A DNA stretch of 46,773 nucleotides from an archaeon (GTDB lineage: Archaea > Nanobdellota > Nanobdellia > Woesearchaeales > GW2011-AR9), in assembly GCA_002686315.1 (NCBI GenBank), contig NZBO01000003.1, positions 1 to 46,773 of the forward strand, read 5' to 3'. Below are positions 15,553 to 24,552 of this stretch, piece by piece. The notes under the pieces were generated by a model. That model did not search any database, was not told the origin of the DNA, and worked only from the letters and a program-made list of their open reading frames with translations. The position numbers and the translations under genes were made by a program. Numbering within the stretch: position 1 is the stretch's first letter; the number at the start of each line of letters is the position of its first letter.

Positions 15553-17944
15553 TCTCGCTCACATGTTCGTTTTTCCGAACACGTAACACATTTTCAACGA
15601 AACTCTCTATCTTATTTTCATGACTGACGATAATTGTTTGACGTAACTGTAATGCGTCAAGCACGTCCCGTACTTTATCAAGTTGCTGTGCTGAAAACCC
15701 GTCTGTTGGTTCATCTAAAATGAGCAGATCTTTTGTTGTGATGTGATGAATAACGTCATTGATGACTCTGTTTAACGCTAACCTGTATGCCAAACTTGCA
15801 GATGTTTTTTCTCCACCACTTAAATTAGTAAATGAGACTTCATACCCATTTTGTTCTATTATTGGTGAGAACGCATCATCAATTCGCGCGTGAATTGTAT
15901 CATCATCAATTAAGATACTAAACCACTCTTGGAAAAGGTCGTTAAATAATGAATGGATACGTATCATAACATGTTTTTCGATGATTGTGGTAGTTGGAAT
16001 AAAACATGTATCAAGCCAGTGATACGTTTCTTTCATACGAACCCGTGTTTCATAGATCGTCGTGAGATTCAAAACCTTCTTCGCAATTTCTCCTTCATTT
16101 TTTGTGGTATGTGCCTGCTCACTTTGTAATGCCGCCATGTGTACTATCAGTTCTTTCTCCTGTTCACGTATCGACGTTAGTTCTTTTCGCCAATACGCAA
16201 TTGCATCACCAAACTCTTCAGACTCTTCAATGATTTTTCGTGCCTCGTCACTTTGTTTTTGTATTTTAGTGGTTGCATCTAGAACTTCCTTCTGCTGTTT
16301 TTGGAGGGATCCTAATTGAGATTGACGTACCGTGAATGCTCGTAGTTCATCCATTTTTGTTCGAAGTGTGGCAATTTCTTGTGAGTATATTTCGTGTTTA
16401 TTGGTCTCTTGCAATACGGTGAGCTGTCCCATTGCCCGATTATTTTGTTGGACTATTTCAATAAGTTGTCTTTTCTTCTTTCCATGCTGCTGCTCTAATT
16501 GATTCAAATGATCTATTTCAACGCTCAGTTTTGTGATCATTGATTCTTTTTCGTGAAGATCTGCACGTTTGGTTATATATGTTCCATATTCTTCCTGCAC
16601 CTTTCTTAACTCTTCTTGTAATCGTGTTTTCATCTGCGTTGATTTTGAAATGTCGTTCATTGCCTCATTATGAATTGTCTTTTTATGTTCCTCCCCAACA
16701 TGTTGCAAGCAGGTTGGACATTGCTCTAACGATTGAAGTTGTGTTTGTCTTTCTGTTGCCTGTGCGATCAACGTACCGTGTTGTGTGAGTGTTATGGTAA
16801 AATCTTCTTTTTTCTTGTCAAGCTTGGTGATGTGTGTTTCGACCATCTCTTTTTGTCTCAACTCTTCTTGATACTGCATTTGTTTCGTCTTTTTTTCAGG
16901 TAGAACGGTTATTCTTGCTGCGAGTTGCGCAAGTTCATGTTGTGATTCCCTTATTGATTTTTGACATTGAGAAATAGTTTGCTGTAATTGTGCTTCTTGT
17001 TTCATACCGTCTTCTCGTGCATGTTCTTTTTCTTTTATGTGCCGTTCTAATTCTAGTACGTTCCCGGTAGGTTTTGTTCCTAATTGCGATTGTAGCGTTT
17101 CTATTTGTTTTTGAAGACGTTCTTGTTGTCCTCTCTTTTCTTGCAACGTTGCCATGCTCGTTTTGTACAATTCCTGCGTTTTGTGAAGGTGACGTTGCTT
17201 TTCCTCCATCTTGTTACTCTCTTGTTCTGCGTGAAGACGTTTCGTTGTTACCAAATCTATCTTTGGTTGCAATGTTGTTATTTGTGTTGTAAGCATTTTC
17301 AAACGCTGCCTAATTTCTTCCAACCGTTGTTTTTCTGGTTCAAACGGTTCAAGCATTCCCGTCATTCTGGTAAGTTCGGCTCGCGTCGATTTGAGATAGA
17401 GTTGCATGTTTTCCCGAATTATTTTATACTTATCAATATTGAATATTTTACGAAGAACGTCTAACCGTGTTTCGGCATTGTCTTGTAAAATGAGTTTCAT
17501 CGTTTCTTGCGGTGTGTAGACTGTATACCGGAAAATGAAATTTTTGTTTTTACTTACCAGCTCAGTCGGATACCCAAGAACATTAATGATAGCAGATTTA
17601 AGCTCTACTGCAGTAAGATCTTTCTTCACACCATTTTGAATGATGTGACCAGGAAGTTGTTTAATGCCTGCTTTCTCTTTTTTTAAGTTACGTTGAATGG
17701 TAATATCCTGATTCTGGATTTGGAATCTTAACGTCACAGAACTTGAGATAGTTCCCTTACGCATTAAAAGTTCGCCAGGGAGATCTGGCCTTGACGTGCC
17801 AAACAGGGCGAATTCGATTGCTAACAGAAGGGACGATTTCCCACTTCCAATATCGCCAGAGAGAAGTGTGGAACCTTCCGTGAAGTTTACAGTTTGATTT
17901 TCATAGGAACGAATGTTACGTAATGTGAGTTCTTTGAGAAGCAT
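15545..17944 (-). CDS. rad50: Rad50-type SMC-like ATPase with a zinc hook
   Basis: N-terminal LTLRNIRSY...GDIGSGKSS (Walker A), a long coiled coil with central CPTC (encoded at 16709-16720), and C-terminal LSGGE and LLILDEPT. The start moves from GTG 17995 to ATG 17944 (MLLKEL...), 21 nt after CATATAAA (17966-17973). Confidence 0.8.
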   Translation of the reverse strand: MLLKELTLRNIRSYENQTVNFTEGSTLLSGDIGSGKSSLLLAIEFALFGTSRPDLPGELLMRKGTISSSVTLRFQIQNQDITIQRNLKKEKAGIKQLPGHIIQNGVKKDLTAVELKSAIINVLGYPTELVSKNKNFIFRYTVYTPQETMKLILQDNAETRLDVLRKIFNIDKYKIIRENMQLYLKSTRAELTRMTGMLEPFEPEKQRLEEIRQRLKMLTTQITTLQPKIDLVTTKRLHAEQESNKMEEKQRHLHKTQELYKTSMATLQEKRGQQERLQKQIETLQSQLGTKPTGNVLELERHIKEKEHAREDGMKQEAQLQQTISQCQKSIRESQHELAQLAARITVLPEKKTKQMQYQEELRQKEMVETHITKLDKKKEDFTITLTQHGTLIAQATERQTQLQSLEQCPTCLQHVGEEHKKTIHNEAMNDISKSTQMKTRLQEELRKVQEEYGTYITKRADLHEKESMITKLSVEIDHLNQLEQQHGKKKRQLIEIVQQNNRAMGQLTVLQETNKHEIYSQEIATLRTKMDELRAFTVRQSQLGSLQKQQKEVLDATTKIQKQSDEARKIIEESEEFGDAIAYWRKELTSIREQEKELIVHMAALQSEQAHTTKNEGEIAKKVLNLTTIYETRVRMKETYHWLDTCFIPTTTIIEKHVMIRIHSLFNDLFQEWFSILIDDDTIHARIDDAFSPIIEQNGYEVSFTNLSGGEKTSASLAYRLALNRVINDVIHHITTKDLLILDEPTDGFSAQQLDKVRDVLDALQLRQTIIVSHENKIESFVENVLRVRKNEHVSEIM

Positions 17945-18041
17945 GTTTCTTTCGTGTTGTGGTAGTTTATATGAATTATTGTGGTGGAAATGCACAAACC
18001 TTTAAATAGCACTCTTTCTTCTTTATATATGGTGATTATAT

Positions 18042-18377
18042 ATGGCAGATACTGACAATACACAAGCAATGTTACCGCATCTTTTAGGTTTATTTACATC
18101 ATTCATTGGACCGCTCGTTCTTTATTTTGTAAATAAAGAGAAAAATGATCCAATTGTGATGGCGAACACCAAACATGCACTCAATTTCCATTTAAGTTTG
18201 ATGATTTATGCTATAGGAGCGTTTATTTTGACTGTAACAATCATTCTAGCAATAATTGGAATACCGCTGTTGTTTGCGATTGAAATATTAGGTCTTGTGA
18301 CGGGCATTATTGGATCTATTCGAGGATACAAAGGCGAAGTATACAAATACCCACTCGAAATTCAATTTTTTAAATAA
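18042..18377 (+). CDS. Small membrane protein, DUF4870-like
   Basis: LGLFTSFIGPLVLYFVNKEKNDPIVMANTKHALNFHLS pattern plus two further TM segments. SD GGTGAT (18031-18036) lies 5 nt upstream of the ATG. Confidence 0.55.
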   Translation: MADTDNTQAMLPHLLGLFTSFIGPLVLYFVNKEKNDPIVMANTKHALNFHLSLMIYAIGAFILTVTIILAIIGIPLLFAIEILGLVTGIIGSIRGYKGEVYKYPLEIQFFK

Positions 18378-18427
18378 TTTTTTTTCTTTCCATAACATTT
18401 TTAACCTTGTAGCCTATCTACAGTTAT

Positions 18428-20323
18428 ATGAATACAACCGCCTTTCTTGCGTTATGTACAAGCAGAGGGTATTCCAGCGAGCAGAAAGGTATTTTTGGAC
18501 GAGCTATAACTGTCGCGAACTCCGTTTTACACGATAAAGAAAGGTTGGCGGGTGACACGTTCTTTGATCATAACCTCCGTGTTGCTGCCATATTAGCAGA
18601 AAATAAATCGGATCCTGACATTGTAACAACAGGGATTTTGAATGGTGTTTTAAAATATACAGGTAGCGCGTCGATTGTTGACCAGTTTGGGAAACCTATC
18701 GTCGAATTGCTTCATGGTGTGGAAGATATTAGCGCGATTAAAAGTAAAAATCCGCAACTTGAAGCTGATTCGTTACGTAAAATTTTGCTTACAACATTGA
18801 AAGATGTTCGTGTCATCATTGTCAAACTTGCATCCAAAGTTGAGAATTTACGTACCATCTCATCCCTTCCGGGAAGGCAGCAAAAAAAGATTGCGCAAGA
18901 TGTCCTTGACATATATGCACCTCTCGCAATGCGGCTTGGGTTAGATAAAATAAGAGTGCAATTGGAGGATTTAGCCTTTAGTGTACTTCATCCTAAGAAA
19001 TATGGCGAGATACGTAATTATATTGAAGAATCGAGGGAACAACGTGAACGAAATGTCGAGGAAGCATGTACACTTATTTCTTCTCTCGCGAAAGGAAAAG
19101 CGACAATTTTGAAGATCAAAGGACGGCCAAAACATATCTATAGTATTTTTAAAAAGATGAAAATACGTGGTGTAAAACTTGATCAACAATACGATTTACT
19201 GGGTATTCGAATCATTGTTAAATCGGTGAAAGATTGTTATACGTTACTTGGGTTACTTCATCAACACTTTCAGCCGATCCAAGGTAGGTTAAAAGATTAC
19301 ATTGCGAATCCAAAATCAAATTTCTATCAATCGTTGCATACCGGTGTGTTACTTCCAGGTACAAAACGACTCGAAATTCAAATTCGAACACCTGAAATGG
19401 ATGAGTTAGCGGAGGAAGGAATTGCTGCACATTGGCGATATAAGGGATTGAAGTCTGATGTTCTCTTCGAACGGAAAATGGCATGGCTAAAAGGTGTGCT
19501 TGATTTGCAAAAATCGGGGGAAAGTAAAGAGTTTCTTGAAACAGTGAAGGTAGACTTGTTTGGCGATAAAATTCATTGTTACACACCTAAAGGAGATGTC
19601 AAAGAGTTACCGAAAGATGCAACGCTTCTTGATTTTGCGTTTAGCATTCATGAAGATATTGGGAGTCATGCAGTTGGTGGGCGTGTAAATGGAAAATTCG
19701 TACCAATCAAGAAGAAGTTGGAAGCAGGAGATATCGTTGAAATCATCACAAACAAAAATCAACGTCCAAGGAGAAGCTGGATTAAGATTGTGACATCATC
19801 TAAGAGCAGGCAACGAATCAGGAAAGCGTTGAAACAATATGAATCACTTCCTGCATTTTATTACCGGCGGTTAAAACCTGTCGTGAAAGAAGAACTTGGT
19901 TTATTAGTTGAATCTGAAGAATTTCCGAACGCGATGTGTATCTTAGCGAAATGTTGCAAACCATTACCTGGTTCTGAGATAGTTGGCATATTAACGAAGA
20001 AAAGAATAATATCATCACATTCTCAGACATGCAGACATGTTGAGAAAGAGCAAAATAGATGGGTGCCTGTCCAGTGGAAAAATTCGTTCAACCAGCAAAT
20101 TCAGTTTTGTGTGGAAGCAGGGGAGCGAAGCGGGTTATTGGCAGATTTATTGCACACAATTGCACAAGCTGGTTTTGAGATTAAAGAAGCGAAAGCGAAA
20201 TTACTTGATTCTTATAATGCCCAGTGTTCTTTCACGGTTATTCCTCGAGATCTGGAACAATTACAAGAAATGGTTGGTCGTGTTAAGAAAGTGAAGGGCG
20301 TTAAGAAGATGTATTTTGAGTGA
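18428..20323 (+). CDS. Long RelA/SpoT homologue: pseudo-hydrolase, (p)ppGpp synthetase, TGS and ACT domains
   Basis: Synthetase motifs GRPKHIYSIFKKM, YDLLGIRIIV, DYIANPKSNFYQSLHT and EIQIRTPEMDELAEEGIAAHWRYK. TGS IHCYTPKGDVKELPKDATLLDFAFSIH. C-terminal ACT-like GLLADLLHTIAQAGFEI. The hydrolase HD motif is replaced (ILNGVLKYT). Confidence 0.85.
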   Translation: MNTTAFLALCTSRGYSSEQKGIFGRAITVANSVLHDKERLAGDTFFDHNLRVAAILAENKSDPDIVTTGILNGVLKYTGSASIVDQFGKPIVELLHGVEDISAIKSKNPQLEADSLRKILLTTLKDVRVIIVKLASKVENLRTISSLPGRQQKKIAQDVLDIYAPLAMRLGLDKIRVQLEDLAFSVLHPKKYGEIRNYIEESREQRERNVEEACTLISSLAKGKATILKIKGRPKHIYSIFKKMKIRGVKLDQQYDLLGIRIIVKSVKDCYTLLGLLHQHFQPIQGRLKDYIANPKSNFYQSLHTGVLLPGTKRLEIQIRTPEMDELAEEGIAAHWRYKGLKSDVLFERKMAWLKGVLDLQKSGESKEFLETVKVDLFGDKIHCYTPKGDVKELPKDATLLDFAFSIHEDIGSHAVGGRVNGKFVPIKKKLEAGDIVEIITNKNQRPRRSWIKIVTSSKSRQRIRKALKQYESLPAFYYRRLKPVVKEELGLLVESEEFPNAMCILAKCCKPLPGSEIVGILTKKRIISSHSQTCRHVEKEQNRWVPVQWKNSFNQQIQFCVEAGERSGLLADLLHTIAQAGFEIKEAKAKLLDSYNAQCSFTVIPRDLEQLQEMVGRVKKVKGVKKMYFE

Positions 20324-20325
20324 AG

Positions 20326-21321
20326 TCATCCCATCTTCCGCACTACATCAATAATCCTATTACTATATCCCCATTCGTTATCATACCACGCTACTACTTT
20401 GACTAAATCACCATCAACGATTGTTCTGAGAGAATCGAAAACGCAAGAAGACGGGTTATCAATAACATCACTAGAGACGATTTCTTCATTTGTATATTCT
20501 AAAATATTTTGCATTTTCTTTGTTTTAGAAGCCTTTTTGAAGAGGGAGTTAACATGTTCTACTGATGTTTTTTTCTTCACTTCGCACACGAAATAAATGA
20601 CACTGCCATCTGCAACTGGAACTCGCATGGCAGATGAGTGTAATTTTGCGCCAACTTGCGGAAGAACTTCCATAACAGCCTTTGCAGCACCTGAAGTTGT
20701 AGGGATGATATTAGTAGCAGCTGCTCTCGCACGTCGTAAATCCTTATGTGATCCGTCAATAATCCGTTGTGTGGAGGTATAGGCATGTGAGGTGACCATA
20801 AATCCAACTCGGATGCCTAATTTGTCGTGGAAAATCTTTACTAATGGCGCGAAGCAGTTCGTTGTACACGAGGCGTTCGAGACGATTGTATCTTTTTTGT
20901 TAAGACTATGATCATTCACTCCCATCACGATTGTTTTGATTCCTTTCTCTTTCGCGGGAGCGGAGAGAATAACCTTTTTTGCACCTGCTGCAAGATGTTT
21001 GCTTGCTAACTCTTTGGTTAAGAAATGGCCAGTACAATCAATAACGATATCGATTTTTAATTTCTTCCACGGTAATTTTTCAGGATCTGATTCTCGAAAT
21101 GCTTTTATCTTTGTTTTGTTAAGGTAAATGTGATCGTCGTCATGATTGATCTCTGCGTTAATTTTGCCATGAACAGAATCATATTTAAGAAGATGTGCCA
21201 ACGTTTTTGTGGGAGTAGAACGACTGTTAATGGCAACAAATTTGATGCCTTTCTGCTTATACCCTGCACGAAGAATCATTCTCCCAATTCTCCCAAAGCC
21301 GTTAATTGCAACTCTAATCAT
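20326..21321 (-). CDS. gap: Glyceraldehyde-3-phosphate dehydrogenase, class I (bacterial/eukaryotic type)
   Basis: MIRVAINGFGRIGR, SNASCTTNC and WYDNEWGYS. The ORF-track start 21504 adds 61 non-homologous aa and overlaps the GNAT gene. ATG 21321 lies 21 nt after TATATAAA (21343-21350). Confidence 0.9.
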   Translation of the reverse strand: MIRVAINGFGRIGRMILRAGYKQKGIKFVAINSRSTPTKTLAHLLKYDSVHGKINAEINHDDDHIYLNKTKIKAFRESDPEKLPWKKLKIDIVIDCTGHFLTKELASKHLAAGAKKVILSAPAKEKGIKTIVMGVNDHSLNKKDTIVSNASCTTNCFAPLVKIFHDKLGIRVGFMVTSHAYTSTQRIIDGSHKDLRRARAAATNIIPTTSGAAKAVMEVLPQVGAKLHSSAMRVPVADGSVIYFVCEVKKKTSVEHVNSLFKKASKTKKMQNILEYTNEEIVSSDVIDNPSSCVFDSLRTIVDGDLVKVVAWYDNEWGYSNRIIDVVRKMG

Positions 21322-21418
21322 AGTTGGAAGAGTTTTTTGAGATTTATATAGGTTTGGATTTGATCCATATACTCCATATACAGAATCTATATCAATATCA
21401 ACAATTTTCTTTTTTATA

Positions 21419-21871
21419 ATGAGTGTACGTAGGGGAAAAGAGGAAGATGTACAACAGTTAGTGAGTTTATATACGGCATTCTTTGAGGAGCATAACCATT
21501 TCAATAAGAGCCATGACCAGATCGTTATGTACCTGAAAGAGAAAATGCAAGAACATGATCTTTATGTTTCTGAGAAGGATGGTGTTCTGAAAGGTGCATT
21601 ATTTCTTATTTTAAAATCACGTGGTGAGCATGCACATTGGAAACTGCGTCATTTTGCGTTTGATTCATTGGAAGCAGCTGAAGAATTGCTTGTTGAAGTT
21701 GAGAAACGTGTGCAAGAAGAATCAGCCACTGCAAAAATTGAGTTAACAATTGCAGAGAATGAGGAAGGCATGCCATTCTATGAAGAGCATGGGTACAAAC
21801 GGGAAGCGGTACTTGCTAACCATTACCGGTGGGGAGAAGCGTGTTATGTCTATGGGAAGAGTTTTGGCTAA
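21419..21871 (+). CDS. GNAT-family N-acetyltransferase
   Basis: 150 aa with a GNAT-like layout (VRRGKEEDVQQLVSLY..., C-terminal FYEEHGYKRE). Confidence 0.7.
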   Translation: MSVRRGKEEDVQQLVSLYTAFFEEHNHFNKSHDQIVMYLKEKMQEHDLYVSEKDGVLKGALFLILKSRGEHAHWKLRHFAFDSLEAAEELLVEVEKRVQEESATAKIELTIAENEEGMPFYEEHGYKREAVLANHYRWGEACYVYGKSFG

Positions 21872-21916
21872 TTGAGTTTAACAATCTATTTATACTTGTC
21901 TTTCTTGTTGGTTTTT

Positions 21917-22576
21917 ATGGATCGAAATCACCCTTTATTTCCTGCATTATCGACGTTAGTGCAAACAGGATTTAAGACTCCTATGTTACAACAAATTTTG
22001 ATGGCCGCGCAAGGTGATGATAGGTTAGTGCTGACGGTGGAGCGATTTCAACCTGGACTTGAAATTCCTGGAAGCAATAGCGATGTAGGGATACGAGTTT
22101 TTGCTGATAAAAGCGGTGCTTTTTATCATGGTTTGATTCAAGATCGGTCAGGTATGCGTTCTGTGTATGATGCGCAGTTTCATCCAGTAGCAGACAGGAT
22201 GCCAGATATTACGTATGAAGTATTTCAACAAAATAGTGGAAATACGACTAACCCAATCTATCTGCTTGAAAAAAGTTCTTTTGATTCTCCTGACCCAATT
22301 CGCGTTGGAACACAAGGAAGAGAATCAGAATTAATTGTAGGTCCATCAGGTGGAACAACCGCCTTTTCATTCCAACATGAAGGAAGAGATCAATTTGAAG
22401 ACCCTTCATTGCGTGCAACGTTCTATGACCGACGAGTGAGATTACAGATAGATCATGTTCCTCCTCAAGAAGGTACTTTGGTGGTTGATTTTTATCCTAT
22501 CTGTAATAGTGCACCAGATTTACCATATCTCTCGGGGAAAGAAGTTTTTTCTATATTGGATCGAGGCGAGCGATAA
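21917..22576 (+). CDS. Hypothetical protein (219 aa)
   Basis: The ORF track starts at TTG 21872. ATG 21917 (MDRNHPLF...) lies 22 nt after TATTTATA (21887-21894). No recognised domain. Confidence 0.5.
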   Translation: MDRNHPLFPALSTLVQTGFKTPMLQQILMAAQGDDRLVLTVERFQPGLEIPGSNSDVGIRVFADKSGAFYHGLIQDRSGMRSVYDAQFHPVADRMPDITYEVFQQNSGNTTNPIYLLEKSSFDSPDPIRVGTQGRESELIVGPSGGTTAFSFQHEGRDQFEDPSLRATFYDRRVRLQIDHVPPQEGTLVVDFYPICNSAPDLPYLSGKEVFSILDRGER

Positions 22577-22607
22577 GTATTTTAAAGGAACTCTCTTTTT
22601 ACTATAC

Positions 22608-23558
22608 ATGTCAAAATTAACTCCAATACCATCATCACAGTACCCTCCGTTTAAACCTAAATTTATCGAGAGATATTCACAACTAACTGATTGGGAAGCA
22701 TTCAAAAAGTATTCTCTCTGCTTTCTACGAAGGTCTATCAGATTAAATCCACTGACTGCAGATCCAAGCAAAACAAAGAGTTCAATCGAAGCAAAAGGAT
22801 GGAAACTTGATCCAATTCCATGGAATCCATTAGGCTTTTGGATATCGCACCCTGATAGAAAAGATGTGGGTAATTTGTTAGAACATCATTTAGGTAAAAT
22901 ATATGTGCAAGAAGCAGCTTCAATGATCCCGCCGTTGGTATTACAACCACAACCAAATGATATCGTGCTAGACATGTGCGCGTCTCCCGGTTCAAAAACA
23001 ACGCAAATGGCAGCTATGATGGAGAATACGGGTTTGTTAATTGCGAATGATTACAAGGGGATGAGGTTACAATCACTTGGAATTAATTTACAACGAAGCG
23101 GGTTAACAAACACAGTCTTAACGTTATTGGATGGTACCAAATTTCGTGATTTTCAATTTGATAAAATTCTTGTAGATGCACCGTGTTCAGGAACCGGAAC
23201 CATTCGAAAAAGTTTGAAAACCATCACGATGTGGAATGCAGGGATGATTACAAAACTTGCAAAACAGCAAAAAAAGTTACTCGAAAATGCCTTTAAAAAT
23301 TTGAAAGAAGGTGGTGAATTAGTGTATTCTACTTGTTCCGTTGAACCTGAGGAAGATGAAGGGGTCGTTGATTTTCTTATCAAAAAATATGATAATGCGG
23401 AAATTGTACCTGTGAAACTACCTGGTTTGAAAACATCACCACCAATCATGTCGTTTAATGGCGTGGAGTATCACGAATCACTAAAACATTCGTTGAGAAT
23501 CTGGCCGCAAGATAATGATACGGAAGGTTTTTTTGTGTGTAAAGTGAGGAAAAAGTGA
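22608..23558 (+). CDS. NOL1/NOP2/Sun-family RNA (cytosine-C5)-methyltransferase
   Basis: DMCASPGSKT (SAM motif I), DAPCSGTG (motif IV Pro-Cys) and YSTCSVEPEE (motif VI Thr-Cys). The start moves to ATG 22608, 21 nt after TATTTTAAA (22578-22586). Confidence 0.85.
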   Translation: MSKLTPIPSSQYPPFKPKFIERYSQLTDWEAFKKYSLCFLRRSIRLNPLTADPSKTKSSIEAKGWKLDPIPWNPLGFWISHPDRKDVGNLLEHHLGKIYVQEAASMIPPLVLQPQPNDIVLDMCASPGSKTTQMAAMMENTGLLIANDYKGMRLQSLGINLQRSGLTNTVLTLLDGTKFRDFQFDKILVDAPCSGTGTIRKSLKTITMWNAGMITKLAKQQKKLLENAFKNLKEGGELVYSTCSVEPEEDEGVVDFLIKKYDNAEIVPVKLPGLKTSPPIMSFNGVEYHESLKHSLRIWPQDNDTEGFFVCKVRKK

Positions 23559-23559
23559 T

Positions 23560-24441
23560 TTACCTTCGTTTTGGAACAAACGCACTTTTTAACTCTTCTG
23601 CAGAGAAAAATGTGGAAACTGTTCCTGTGTCTGCATACATAAATAACGCTGTATCATAAATGGTACTCATTGCGCTAAAAATAATGGTGATAAGCACCAG
23701 AAGGAGGACGAATATACCAAGTAACACGCCTCCTGCGATAATCATCCCTTGAAGTATCAGGAGAATTCCTGGAACTGCGATCATAAAAAATCCAATAATA
23801 ACAATGATTCCCTTTGCAAATCCAAAACCATAATACTTGATCAAACTTTCTCCCCATGTTTTTTTAACAGTGATTGCAGAACTTTTAAGCGCCTGTATTG
23901 GCCCTTGATTTTTGATTACCATTGCGGGAACAACAAATAAACTCACTATCGCCCATGCGAAACCTATCAAACTTGCAAGAATTCTTCCAATAATACCTAT
24001 TACGCCTCCCTCTTCTCGTGATCGGCTTTCAAGAATATTGAGTAAAAGACCAATAGTTGCCGACAATAAAGACCACCAAATTATCTTACCAAGACGGGAA
24101 AAACTCATTCTAATTCCATCCATGAATGTTGCATTTCCTCCTTCCAACCTTGTTTTTGCGATGTGAACAACTCCGACATTGAAAAATGTAGCTGAGAAAA
24201 CGGCAATGAAATAAAATATGAACACAGCGAAATAGGTACCAACCGTTTCGCTTCCTGTAACGGAATTGATACCCATCAAACTTAATCCTATCGGCAACAA
24301 AAATATAAGGAACATGACCGTTGAAAATAGTGCACTTAATATTGGAAATGCAAGAATTTCTTTATCATGTTTCATTACTTGAAATGCACTTTTCGTGATA
24401 GTCCAACTTCTGCCAAATTTTTCGGATATGGAACGAAACAT
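23560..24441 (-). CDS. Polytopic membrane protein, unknown function (293 aa)
   Basis: About 6 TM segments. ATTATAAA (24463-24470) lies 21 nt upstream of the ATG. Confidence 0.65.
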   Translation of the reverse strand: MFRSISEKFGRSWTITKSAFQVMKHDKEILAFPILSALFSTVMFLIFLLPIGLSLMGINSVTGSETVGTYFAVFIFYFIAVFSATFFNVGVVHIAKTRLEGGNATFMDGIRMSFSRLGKIIWWSLLSATIGLLLNILESRSREEGGVIGIIGRILASLIGFAWAIVSLFVVPAMVIKNQGPIQALKSSAITVKKTWGESLIKYYGFGFAKGIIVIIGFFMIAVPGILLILQGMIIAGGVLLGIFVLLLVLITIIFSAMSTIYDTALFMYADTGTVSTFFSAEELKSAFVPKRR

Positions 24442-24495
24442 AATATGTAGAGATTATTTCTGTTTATAATACTTTTGTTATGGTAGAGAATTCCT

Positions 24496-24517
24496 GGAAA
24501 ACAACTTCTTGTTTTCC
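24496..24517. promoter_or_regulatory. Perfect 9-bp inverted repeat (GGAAAACAA-cttc-TTGTTTTCC) in a divergent promoter region
   Basis: Lies between the two TATA boxes (24463-24470 for the - gene, 24523-24530 for the + gene), immediately upstream of the + gene TATA box. Confidence 0.3.
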
Positions 24518-24552
24518 GATATCTTTTTAAGAGCACCCTCTCTAAATATGCC

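Noticed and set aside
16062-17464. Several + strand ORFs (72-119 aa) inside rad50
   Set aside because: They run antisense to a well-supported coiled-coil gene, are low-complexity Phe/Leu/Cys-rich translations, and have no start signals.
21322-21504. N-terminal extensions in the ORF track for gap (to 21504), YrdC (to 26944), NSUN (from 22455), rad50 (to 17995) and others
   Set aside because: The extensions are non-homologous, overlap neighbouring genes or promoters, and ignore internal ATGs that sit 21-24 nt downstream of consensus TATA boxes.
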